A stretch of DNA of 61,126 nt, the filler included. It is 8 parts of 8 records of this genome, joined end to end, with 100 filler letters (N's around TTAATTAATTAA, not from the genome) between each part and the next. Parts side by side here need not be neighbours in the genome. Positions count along the whole stretch, not along the records: positions 1 to 11,885 come from SRR31147125_16120; positions 11,986 to 21,538 come from SRR31147125_16141; 6 more parts are not named here. One strand, given 5' to 3'. The first letter of the stretch is position 1. Each line of letters begins with the position of its first letter. Below the pieces are notes generated by a model, which saw only the letters and a program-made list of their open reading frames with translations, did not search any database and was not told the origin of the DNA. The position numbers and the translations under genes are program-made. Below are positions 10,421 to 19,843 of this stretch, piece by piece.

Positions 10421-11316
10421 TTATATTGTTTTTACCTTTTTATTTATATTTTTTGTTACATTATATATCATAAGCAAAATAAACAAAACAAGAGCTAGTA
10501 TAACATAATATACTAAGTTATGAGCGTTTTTAAAAGCGAAAGCATCGTTTACGAATTTTACCAATATTCCAATTCCGGAATTTGCAGAAATCATCTTTGA
10601 TATTAAGAACAAAACTGTAAAATCTAAACACCAACTAATTACGGACAAAAACATTATTGGGAATGCTCTTTTATGAACAAGGTATTTTTCCGACTTATAA
10701 AGATTGTTGCAGTTATCTAAAAACCTAAGCATATTGTTTGATTTTTTGATAATCGTTTGAAAAACCAATGATTATTAAAATATAAATATAGCGAAGGAAA
10801 AATGGAGTATAAAAATAACATAGATATTAGAAAAACAAATATTATAATGCTAAGCATAGAAATTGAGTTATTGAATATTTGATAAGGCACAACAAACAAA
10901 AGCAATACAAGTGAATCGAAAAATCTATCGGTAAGTAAGACTAACAAAGCAGATTTGAAATTTTTAACCTTTTCATTTAGAGCAAAAAGTCTATAAATTT
11001 CTCCTAACTTATAGGGTATTACAATATTTACGAAAGTTGTTTTAATATAAAAAGGTATAAGATTGTTAAATCTTATATTCATTTCTATCATTATCAAATA
11101 TAATCTTATAAGCTTTACAAAATGCGTCAGTATAAAGGCTATAAATATTAAAAACATAAAAAGAATGTTAATCTTTAAACTTATAAATTCTATATTACTA
11201 GCTATATAGTAATACGAAAAATATAATGCAATGATTAATACTATTGTATTGATCATGAAAAATATAGATTTACGTATATTTGCGTCTTTATTCTGCTTTT
11301 TATACATACTCATCAA
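10421..11316 (-). CDS. lysylphosphatidylglycerol-synthase TM region (UPF0104, flippase-like) protein, frameshifted near 10765
   Basis: FVNIVIPYKLGEIYR and DRFFD motifs; two overlapping ORFs (10717-11316, 10421-10768). Confidence 0.65.
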
Positions 11317-11885
11317 AGGCTTTCTCTCTAAAATCGGATTCGATAAACTTTCTACCCTTAAAGATATATTTCAAAACCATTCCAAGTACAAAAAACGCTT
11401 GGCTGAATAATTTAACGTTTGATACTTGATCTTCTTCAGACCACGTTATAGGAAAAACTTCGAACTCTGTTTGTACGAGTGAAGAGCAAGAATCATAGCA
11501 TAATTAAAAGTAAGATTATCTGGGAATTTAAAGTAATACTTTGATTTCAACATTTGGACTGAATACATATTTAATCCAGAGCCCAAATCTCGAATATAAA
11601 CACGAGTTGCAATTGAAAATAATAAGTTATAAACTCTATTGCCGAAAGTTCTAAATTTAGAATATCCTGGCCTTTTGAACGCTTCATAAACCTAGAACCA
11701 AGAAGACAATCATAGTCTTCATATGATTTACTTTCTAATATAGGTAAGATATCATTGATATCACCTTGGTCGTCTCCATGTAAGACTATGACATAATCGA
11801 ATCCTTCGTCAATCGCTTTTTTAAACGCGACTTTATGGGACCCGCCAAGTCCATAGTTGTTTTTGTTTGTATGAAGCTTAATTTT
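11300..11885 (-). CDS. GT2 glycosyltransferase (DPM1/polyprenol-phosphate glycosyltransferase-like), 5'-partial, frameshifted
   Basis: Manual minus-strand translation: NNYGLGGSHKVAF, VLHGDDQGD, LLGSRFM, RTFGNRVYN, DLGSGLN, PITWSEEDQVSNVK; absent from ORF track. Confidence 0.8.
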
Positions 11886-11985
11886 NNNNNNNNNNNNNNN
11901 NNNNNNNNNNNNNNNNNNNNNNNNNNNNNTTAATTAATTAANNNNNNNNNNNNNNNNNNNNNNNNNNNNNNNNNNNNNNNNNNNN
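11886..11985. other. artificial contig spacer
   Basis: N44-TTAATTAATTAA-N44; composition changes across it. Confidence 0.97.
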
Positions 11986-12337
11986 GGGCAGCTGCCTGAG
12001 GGATTCGCATTAATTCAGTCCCGGCAAACGCAATTCCACGCCGGATTGGAGATTTTCGCTCCCTTACAACCGTTTCCCCGTCTTCAGCAAACAGTCTGAT
12101 AGTTTTCTCTACTACAAGCGGATATACCAGACGCACTCGATGCCCGTCATCCATTAGCTTCAGAAGCTTTTTGTGGATATTGGAAAAATTACCGGTTTGG
12201 ATTTCGATTATCTCGTGTTCAGATTTGATGTCGACAACGTAACCATCAACTTCATATTCCATAGTACCGCCGGTCTGGTCGGCATATATCCGTTTCAGAG
12301 AGTCGTGCAGTGATGATTCTTTCAGTTCACCTATCAA
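11986..12337 (-). CDS. hypothetical protein, possible PD-(D/E)XK-like fold, 3'-partial
   Basis: ESSLHDSLK...GYVVDI...IIEIQT motif; runs into spacer. Confidence 0.55.
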
Positions 12338-12461
12338 CTATCAGTCCTGTAACAATTTATAACTGGGGACAGAGTACCATAAAACTGTTGTAAATCCCAC
12401 ACTCTTCCCGGCAGCATATCGGGAGGCAGACGCATTATCTTGAGCATGTTATATTTGTAGT

Positions 12462-13727
12462 ATGGTTAAACGATTTCGCGCAGCATACGGGCTGGTTCTG
12501 CTACTGCCGCTGTTCATACTATCCTGCTCACTGATTCCCATGAGCGGACCAGAGTACCTGACCCATATCTATTCCCGGGTCGACAGTCTTGCAGTAACAT
12601 ACCCGGTTATTGCTGTTGTGGATTCTATCGGCAGCACAGGCGGCAGCGAATCGTATGATATTAAGCGCATCACCTTGACTTCCCAGGTTCAGGCGCCGGA
12701 TGGATATACCAAACCGAGATTCCTCCTTACCGGAGCAACACACGGAAACGAGCAGCTGTCGGCAGAGGTTGCTATGCTGCTGGCGGAACATCTGGCTTCA
12801 AGCTATGTAAGTAACCCGCAGGTCAAATCGCTGCTGGATGATATCGAGATTCATATTATCCCGATCCTCAATCCCTGGGGAGTTGCCAACAAATCACGCT
12901 TTACAGCCAATGGGACCGATATCAACCGGGATTTCGGTCTGCCGGATCCTGATCTGGCTGAATCACCTATTAATACTGATTGGTTTCATCCCTGGACTGG
13001 CGCCAATAACGCGTACTCGACACCGGAAAGCCTGATCCTGCGAACTTTATGCGAAGAAGAGTGGTTTATTGCAAGTATTCAGGGACATACCGGAGCGGAG
13101 AACATCAATCTTCCCATGGATTATCTGGCATACACAACTCTTGACGGGAAAGAAGATGGGGATCCAGTCTACGAGGATGAATATATCCCCATCTACCCCC
13201 TGATGAAATCTTACGCCGACGCCTATACAGCCCACGTTTCGGCATATGGCTATCCCAATTTCTACACAACCGAGGGCGGAGACTGGTATATTGTACAGGG
13301 TTCTTTCACCGACTGGCATTTCGGAGCCCTGGGTGCACCTGGATTTACGATTGAATATGATGAAACCAAAGGTGTGGTGTCAAATTATACATCGGCCTGG
13401 AATGCGCATCGTCAAGCCCTTATCGATATACTGGAGATAACCCGTCACCGTGTGACCGGACGAGTGAAAGACGCTTCTGACACTCCCATATCGGTTCGGA
13501 TCGACTTCACCCGTGTGCCTGATGATGAATCCAGAGACCCCGGTGATCCGACTCCCCTGACACTCTCGACACAATCCGATGCTATCTTCGGCTGCTATCA
13601 CATCCTGCTGCCTGAGGGAGAGTGGAATATAACGGTGCAAGATGGAACCGAAGGAGGTTCCACCAAGGGTTCTGTGACCATCAATTCTGAAAATGTACCC
13701 ATCACACTGTCCGATATTGTCATATAA
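12462..13727 (+). CDS. M14 zinc carboxypeptidase, probable lipoprotein
   Basis: HGNE zinc motif, NPWG, DINRDF, GHTG, FTIE; ILSC lipobox-like signal. Confidence 0.85.
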   Translation: MVKRFRAAYGLVLLLPLFILSCSLIPMSGPEYLTHIYSRVDSLAVTYPVIAVVDSIGSTGGSESYDIKRITLTSQVQAPDGYTKPRFLLTGATHGNEQLSAEVAMLLAEHLASSYVSNPQVKSLLDDIEIHIIPILNPWGVANKSRFTANGTDINRDFGLPDPDLAESPINTDWFHPWTGANNAYSTPESLILRTLCEEEWFIASIQGHTGAENINLPMDYLAYTTLDGKEDGDPVYEDEYIPIYPLMKSYADAYTAHVSAYGYPNFYTTEGGDWYIVQGSFTDWHFGALGAPGFTIEYDETKGVVSNYTSAWNAHRQALIDILEITRHRVTGRVKDASDTPISVRIDFTRVPDDESRDPGDPTPLTLSTQSDAIFGCYHILLPEGEWNITVQDGTEGGSTKGSVTINSENVPITLSDIVI

Positions 13728-13799
13728 GAATAATCCTATTATGCTGTCAGGTGTCGCTTTTACAAGAAACAGCAGAAAAAATCTTAAGGAGTCCAGACT

Positions 13800-14345
13800 A
13801 TGCGCATAACCGGAGGAAAATACCGTGGACGCAGAATAACCTGCCCTCCCGGAATAATACGCCCCGCCATGGATCGCATGCGGGAATCACTTTTCTCAAT
13901 TCTTGGGAATCTGGACGGAATATCATTTCTCGATCTCTTTTCCGGTTCCGGTCTGGTGGGAATTGAGGCCGCGTCACGCGGGGCTGAACCCGTGCATCTG
14001 GTTGAAATGGATCGCGGCAAAAAAGCCACAATCGTAAAAAACATTGCTATGGTAGATAGCGATATCCGGCTGTTTCTCAATAAAGCACAGAAATTTGTGA
14101 AAACGGCAAAACAGAGTTATGAAATTGTCTATGCCGATCCGCCTTTTCCGATGCCGGGGAAACAGCAGTTTACCGCAGCTGTTAGTAAGTCCGGCGTCGT
14201 TGTGCCGGGGGGCGTATTCATTATCCATCATCCTTCGGAAGAACAGTGGGAAGATGTCATCGGAGAATTTACCTGCTATGATCAACGAGCTTACGGACGA
14301 TCCATTCTGAGATTTTTCCGCTACACTGAGGAGGATAATCAGTGA
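13800..14345 (+). CDS. rsmD: 16S rRNA m2G966 methyltransferase
   Basis: MRITGGKYRGR, RESLFSIL, LDLFSGSG, EAASRGA, DPPF. Confidence 0.93.
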   Translation: MRITGGKYRGRRITCPPGIIRPAMDRMRESLFSILGNLDGISFLDLFSGSGLVGIEAASRGAEPVHLVEMDRGKKATIVKNIAMVDSDIRLFLNKAQKFVKTAKQSYEIVYADPPFPMPGKQQFTAAVSKSGVVVPGGVFIIHHPSEEQWEDVIGEFTCYDQRAYGRSILRFFRYTEEDNQ

Positions 14346-15139
14346 TACACGACAATGTTTATACAAACACCTATGCCCTGCACACCTTCCTGTGTGATCC
14401 CTACCTTAAGGCACGGTTCCCCTTTTACTGCAAAGCGGTACAGGAAGGCGCGGCTTCACATGCTCATGCGGCAGGCTGCTCTAATCCGAATCTTATGGCG
14501 ATGGGCAAAACCTGGGTGCTGTCACGATTGAAATTATCTGTAAAAAACTATGTATCATGGCCGGAGAATATCACATTGAAAACCTGGATTCAGGAACCAT
14601 TCAAGTTCTTCGCACCACGGGAAGCGCTGGGCCTTGATGCCGAAGGGAATGAACTGTTCAGATCAATGGCTTATTGGGTCATCATAGATATTGATAAGCG
14701 GCGTCCGGTTAAGCCACACATGATTTGGGATTATATCTCCCTTTCGGAAGATCGTTCGTTATGGTCTGATACCGTTATCGGTAAGCTGCCGCAGATATCT
14801 CATACCGACAATGCAATCGCATACCAACCAAAAATCATGTATCGCGATATCGACAGTGTTCGTCACATTAACAATATCTCCTATATTGAATGGATTCTGG
14901 ATTCATTCGATCCCGAATACAAGCAGAGATACCAGATTGCCGATTTCGAAATACAGTTCATGGCGGAATGCTTTGTCGGTGATGAACTGACCGTCTATTC
15001 TTCTCCCTCTGGAGCTGCTGAAATCAATAGGGAAAACCAAAGCTCTGATGAACTATGGGAACATACAATTGTTAAAAATTTAACAAATGAAACAGCTGTC
15101 TCCTGCCGTGCCCGCAGTCGATGGGTAAGAAAACAGTAG
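14342..15139 (+). CDS. acyl-ACP thioesterase
   Basis: WVLSRL, DIDSVRHINNISYIEW; GTG start after GAGGAGG. Confidence 0.88.
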   Translation: MIHDNVYTNTYALHTFLCDPYLKARFPFYCKAVQEGAASHAHAAGCSNPNLMAMGKTWVLSRLKLSVKNYVSWPENITLKTWIQEPFKFFAPREALGLDAEGNELFRSMAYWVIIDIDKRRPVKPHMIWDYISLSEDRSLWSDTVIGKLPQISHTDNAIAYQPKIMYRDIDSVRHINNISYIEWILDSFDPEYKQRYQIADFEIQFMAECFVGDELTVYSSPSGAAEINRENQSSDELWEHTIVKNLTNETAVSCRARSRWVRKQ

Positions 15140-15163
15140 TTTTTCTGTTAATTTGATCATTTT

Positions 15164-15216
15164 TTAACACAATTTTAACATTTGTCCCAGCTATTAACAA
15201 TTTTCTCATATTTACA
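15164..15216 (+). promoter_or_regulatory. PHO-box-like direct repeats
   Basis: TTAACA at 15164 and 15175 (11-bp period), further TTAACA 15194 and TTTACA 15211, upstream of Na/Pi transporter. Confidence 0.45.
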
Positions 15217-15246
15217 TGACAACCCCCAATTTGCTAGTATCGCCCT

Positions 15247-16926
15247 ATGAATGTAATTAACCAAATACTGCAAATCGCCGGAAGTCTCGGACTATTCCTC
15301 TTTGGTATGCGTATCATGAGTGAAGGTATACAGAAGGCCGCCGGTAACAGGATGAAAGCAATCCTGCGGTTCATGACGGGTAACCGTTTCGCGGCCGTAT
15401 TTACAGGACTCGCTATTACCGCCATTGTCCAATCATCATCGGCAACAACCGTAATGATCGTAAGTTTTGTCAATGCCGGTTTGATGAATCTGGTCCAATC
15501 GATTGGTGTCATTCTTGGTGCCAATATCGGTACAACCATAACAGGATGGATCGTGGCCATTCTTGGATTCAAGATTAAGGTTTCCGCTCTGGCAATTCCT
15601 GCTATTGGTATTGGATTTCCATTTCTGTTCGTAAAATCATTGAAGCATAAAGATTTCGGTGAAGTTCTGATCGGATTCGGTCTCCTTTTTCTCGGGCTGA
15701 GCTTCCTGAAGAACTCAGTTCCGGATATCGGTGACAATCCCGACGCGCTCTACTTCCTGACCCAGTTCACAGACGGCGGCTTCGGCACCATCCTGCTTTT
15801 CATTCTTTTTGGTACCGTGCTGACGATTATTGTGCAGTCATCTTCAGCTTCTATGGCCATTACCCTGACTATGGCCTATCAGGGTTGGATCAGCTACCCA
15901 ATAGCGGCTGCTATAGTCCTCGGACAGAATATCGGAACCACCGTTACCGCTTACCTCGCCTCACTCGGAACCAGCACCACGGCAAAACAGGCATCCAGAG
16001 CTCATATTCTATTCAATATTATTGGAACTATCTGGGTTATTATTTTATTCAATCCATTCCTGAGACTGGTAGATGCGATTGTTCCTGGTGATGTATACGG
16101 TGCAACCAGCGCGGAATTACTTCCAACCCATCTGGCTATGTACCACACAATATTTAATACGATTAACACCATTCTGTTCATTCCATTTATTAACTATTTT
16201 GCAAAACTGGTTGAGAAAACCGTTCGTCCAGCAACAGGGAAAGAAGAAGATGAAGTATATACATTCACCTATATTTCATCATCTCTGCAGGATACACCCG
16301 AACTTTACCTTATTACCCTGCAGGATGAGATCCACAAGATGGCGGATGTCGTTTCCAATATGTTCTCACGATTCGTGACAGTATTTAAAAATCCGGACCA
16401 GAATCTTGGAGCTGAAGTGAAAGCTCTGAAAGCGGTAGAAGAGACCACGGATCAGATGCAGCATGAATTATCCAATTTCATTTCCGAACTCGTAAAGGAC
16501 AGCCTGAATCCCATCAGTGCCGCTAACGTAAATGCCCAGTCAAGAATTGTAAATGAGCTGGAAAGCATCGGTGACAGCTGTTTCAATCTGGTACTGCTTA
16601 CAGAACGAAAATATAAAAAAGATATTATTTTTCCGGCTGAAGCACTGGAAAGCTGCCATAACTATTTAAAACTTGTTCAGGAATATATTGACTTTATCAA
16701 GGATCACCTGAACCGCCAGATTAGTGATAAGGATATGGAAGAGGCAATCAATTTCGAGAATGCCATAAATAAGAAACGTAACAAGCTGAAGAAGAGAGCT
16801 CAGGCTCGATTGAGCGAAGGTTCGGACGTGAAAGCCGAGCTGATGCTGCTTGATTTCAACCGGCATCTTGAGCATATCGGTGACTACTGCATTAATATCG
16901 CAGAGGCATTAGAGCATATACGGTAG
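15247..16926 (+). CDS. Na/Pi cotransporter with C-terminal PhoU-like domains
   Basis: Repeated QSSSA and G(A/Q)NIGTT motifs; LESIGD and LEHIGD. Confidence 0.93.
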   Translation: MNVINQILQIAGSLGLFLFGMRIMSEGIQKAAGNRMKAILRFMTGNRFAAVFTGLAITAIVQSSSATTVMIVSFVNAGLMNLVQSIGVILGANIGTTITGWIVAILGFKIKVSALAIPAIGIGFPFLFVKSLKHKDFGEVLIGFGLLFLGLSFLKNSVPDIGDNPDALYFLTQFTDGGFGTILLFILFGTVLTIIVQSSSASMAITLTMAYQGWISYPIAAAIVLGQNIGTTVTAYLASLGTSTTAKQASRAHILFNIIGTIWVIILFNPFLRLVDAIVPGDVYGATSAELLPTHLAMYHTIFNTINTILFIPFINYFAKLVEKTVRPATGKEEDEVYTFTYISSSLQDTPELYLITLQDEIHKMADVVSNMFSRFVTVFKNPDQNLGAEVKALKAVEETTDQMQHELSNFISELVKDSLNPISAANVNAQSRIVNELESIGDSCFNLVLLTERKYKKDIIFPAEALESCHNYLKLVQEYIDFIKDHLNRQISDKDMEEAINFENAINKKRNKLKKRAQARLSEGSDVKAELMLLDFNRHLEHIGDYCINIAEALEHIR

Positions 16927-16956
16927 TCTCTGAAATAGATATCTGGTAGATTACGG

Positions 16957-17009
16957 CTGACCAGGACAGTTTGAGATAAATCAATTTCAATTGCCCGGTC
17001 AGTTTTTTT
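16957..17009 (+). terminator. intrinsic terminator
   Basis: CTGACC...GGTCAG long stem followed by T7. Confidence 0.65.
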
Positions 17010-17016
17010 GTTTTTT

Positions 17017-17100
17017 GTGCCGTTGGCTAATCAGTGTTGATTTATTAGTGTTGGCTTCTCACCGTTGGATTATTACTGTTGATTTATCAGTGTTGATGTA
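17017..17100. repeat. six tandem degenerate 14-bp units
   Basis: Consensus ~TCAGTGTTGATTTA with invariant GTTG at positions 6-9. Confidence 0.75.
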
Positions 17101-18477
17101 TCAGCGTCGCAGCAGGAAAAAGTTGATATGAGACCCGGTCAGATTCTCAACCGCCGCATCAAATATCGCTGTATTCTTTTTGCAGGCTGACCTGTTGCCG
17201 ATGCTTACTTCCCTGGTTCTCTCAAGTCCCAGATCACCAGTGGTTCCCATTGATGTTCTGAGCTTCAATGATTCATCCGGATCCCCTGCTGCAACGGAAT
17301 CAAGATTTGTTCCCACCTGCCGATAGGCATCACGAAAACTTTTACCGTCTTTTACCGCATCAATGGCCTGGTCAGTTGCGTAGATTTCCGGTGTAAATGC
17401 TGCTCTCAGGGCATCCTCATGCACTGCAAGCGAATCAAAACAGACCCGCATAACTTCCAGTGACTGATATGCTGTGTAGGCTGCGTTCATTACAGGTTCT
17501 TTCGTATCCTGAAAATCCCTGTTATACCCGCTGGGCAGGGAACGGATTATCCCCTTCACCTGAACGGAACAAGCCGAAACCGCGGCTGATTTAGATCTGA
17601 CAAGCTCCAGGACATCGGGATTCTTCTTCTGCGGCATAATACTCGACCCGGTACAGAGCTCTTTCGGCAGGCTGAAGTATCCGAACTCTGGAAGGGAAAA
17701 GAGAATCAAGTCCTGAGCGATCTTGCTTAATGTCAGACAGATATAATCAAAACAGTCTATCAGAACGGCCTCAAATTTCCCCCTGGAATTGTTGGCATAG
17801 AGTACATTATTCTGCACTTTGGCAAAACCCATCAACTTGGCAGTCAGCTCTCTGTCCAGAGGAAGCGGCACTCCATAACTTGCGGCGGCCCCAAGCGGTG
17901 ACTGATTGATTAAATCATACACAGCCAGCATCTGCCTGATTTCATCTTCAAGCTCTTCAGCAAATGATCCGGCCCACAAGCCAATTGATGAAGGCATGGC
18001 TATCTGCATGTGAGTTCTGCCGGGCATGGGTACATCAGCATGCTGTTCGGCAAATTTCAGCAGGGTATCAACCAGTTTCCCGGTACTTTCAATCATGGTA
18101 AGCAGTGTACTGCGCATCCATAACCTCAGGGCTGTCTGCACCTGATCATTACGGCTTCGGCCGGTATGTATTTTTTTACCCGCCTCTCCCAGCTGCTCTG
18201 TCAGATACATCTCGATAGCGGTATGGCAATCTTCATGTTCGCGTACGATAGGAAAGTTGTCGGAGGCGACCAGCTTGATAATCTCCCGCAGCCCATCAAC
18301 TAATTCGCTTTCTTCTTTTTTGTCAAGAATTCCAATGCTGCTCAACATACGGGCATGCGCAATACTTACCGTGCAGTCAGCTGCCGCAAGATGACGATCC
18401 AGCTGCCAGTCGTTTCCCACAGTGAATTCCTCTATCAGTGAGTTGATTGAGTAGCCTTTATCCCATAACTTTGCCAT
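17101..18477 (-). CDS. argH: argininosuccinate lyase
   Basis: HTGRSRNDQ, MPGRTH, GSSIMPQKKNPD, SGYNRD. Confidence 0.96.
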   Translation of the reverse strand: MAKLWDKGYSINSLIEEFTVGNDWQLDRHLAAADCTVSIAHARMLSSIGILDKKEESELVDGLREIIKLVASDNFPIVREHEDCHTAIEMYLTEQLGEAGKKIHTGRSRNDQVQTALRLWMRSTLLTMIESTGKLVDTLLKFAEQHADVPMPGRTHMQIAMPSSIGLWAGSFAEELEDEIRQMLAVYDLINQSPLGAAASYGVPLPLDRELTAKLMGFAKVQNNVLYANNSRGKFEAVLIDCFDYICLTLSKIAQDLILFSLPEFGYFSLPKELCTGSSIMPQKKNPDVLELVRSKSAAVSACSVQVKGIIRSLPSGYNRDFQDTKEPVMNAAYTAYQSLEVMRVCFDSLAVHEDALRAAFTPEIYATDQAIDAVKDGKSFRDAYRQVGTNLDSVAAGDPDESLKLRTSMGTTGDLGLERTREVSIGNRSACKKNTAIFDAAVENLTGSHINFFLLRR

Positions 18478-18611
18478 ATGCTTCTCCTGCGTGCGCTTCT
18501 CTTATCGAATATTTTACACACACATTCTTGTGTCGTATAGTTACATTCATATTCTTGCCGGATATAGTAGCATGTCTCCGGGTTAGTTTCTATAAGTGAG
18601 CGCTATATGGG

Positions 18612-19562
18612 TCAGGACTGCATATATCTGGAATGCAGCTTTTCATATCCGTTTTTAAAGAAGGGACACACCCGTATGCAAACAGAACAACCCATAGATT
18701 TTGAAAACGGTACCGCGCATTTTTTATAGTCGATGTAGATTGGACTTCCATCTTCCGCCAGGGGCTTCTCCGCATAGATAGCTTCTCCCGGACACTCGCG
18801 CATACAGACCCCGCAGTCAGAACAGAACTGTTCAATCCAGGAATGGCAGTTTTGATTATTCGTCCTGATTGGAAGATTCTCTATACTGGTATACACCACC
18901 GCTATTCTTTGACTCGGACCATTTTCAGGTGAAATCAGCAACCCATGTCTACCCATCCATCCCAATCCCGCTTTTTGCGCCAATAGCGGATAATTCACAT
19001 CTCCACCAAGCGCGGCACCTGCCTGTGCTCCAAATCCATTGCCGCGCAAATAGTCTGCAATCTTGTTTGAAGCTCTACCTAATTCGGCATAAATCTTCCA
19101 GACCTCTTTACCGGCTGCTATTTTCGGGGCATGCGCCATACGCTTTTTATCCATGGGCATAGTCAGGACTATAGCATGTGAATAGAGAACATTTTTATCG
19201 GCAAAAAGATATGATTCAGAAACTTCGGTAAATCCGACAGCACTGCAGCCGAGATTTTTCGCATTTGTCTCTATACTATAAATAAATTGTTCTGTCGCTG
19301 CTTTTTTTGGGTTGTGCGGGATATTTCCCAGACTTCTATATCCAGAAAGACGGCCTTTGACTGACGGAATAAGCCAACGGGCAATACGAAATAATTTCAG
19401 GAAGTGGTGTTTTGGATTGCCGTAAGTGAAAATAAGTTCGGGAACAATAAGCCCCTTTCTCGATTCCTTACTGCTCTCCAGCAGCTTTATATTGTCAGGA
19501 ACATAATCTCTGGTTGTTTTTGAGAGCATGTTCTTTATTATGTTAATTTTCCTGCTTTTCAT
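18612..19562 (-). CDS. reductive dehalogenase/epoxyqueuosine-reductase-like Fe-S protein
   Basis: AQKAGLGWMGRHGLLISP..GP..R, FCSDCGVCMRECP and C..GCSVCIRVCP; no Tat leader. Confidence 0.75.
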   Translation of the reverse strand: MKSRKINIIKNMLSKTTRDYVPDNIKLLESSKESRKGLIVPELIFTYGNPKHHFLKLFRIARWLIPSVKGRLSGYRSLGNIPHNPKKAATEQFIYSIETNAKNLGCSAVGFTEVSESYLFADKNVLYSHAIVLTMPMDKKRMAHAPKIAAGKEVWKIYAELGRASNKIADYLRGNGFGAQAGAALGGDVNYPLLAQKAGLGWMGRHGLLISPENGPSQRIAVVYTSIENLPIRTNNQNCHSWIEQFCSDCGVCMRECPGEAIYAEKPLAEDGSPIYIDYKKCAVPFSKSMGCSVCIRVCPFFKNGYEKLHSRYMQS

Positions 19563-19843
19563 GCATAGACCTTTAACCCCTAATAGAGTCTGAGATTTTC
19601 CCACACTGTTTTGATCAGATTCTCTGGAAAATTCATGCCCATAGCAAGCCTTGGAATTTCAGCAAAAGTATCAGTTGTCTAATCAATAATTATATGGGTC
19701 TATCGGTTGATAATATTACATTACTGGCCGAATCCGATCAAATCATTCCTTTCAAAGCTACTATTTTTCTTAGTCAGCCAGTTCTGATGATTCCGAGTAA
19801 ATCGCCCTGTGAAAATCTCTGGTAAGTTGATATGGAGCTGCAG

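Noticed and set aside
17017-17100. CRISPR array
   Set aside because: Units are 14 bp, degenerate and contiguous with no spacers; no cas genes anywhere in the window.
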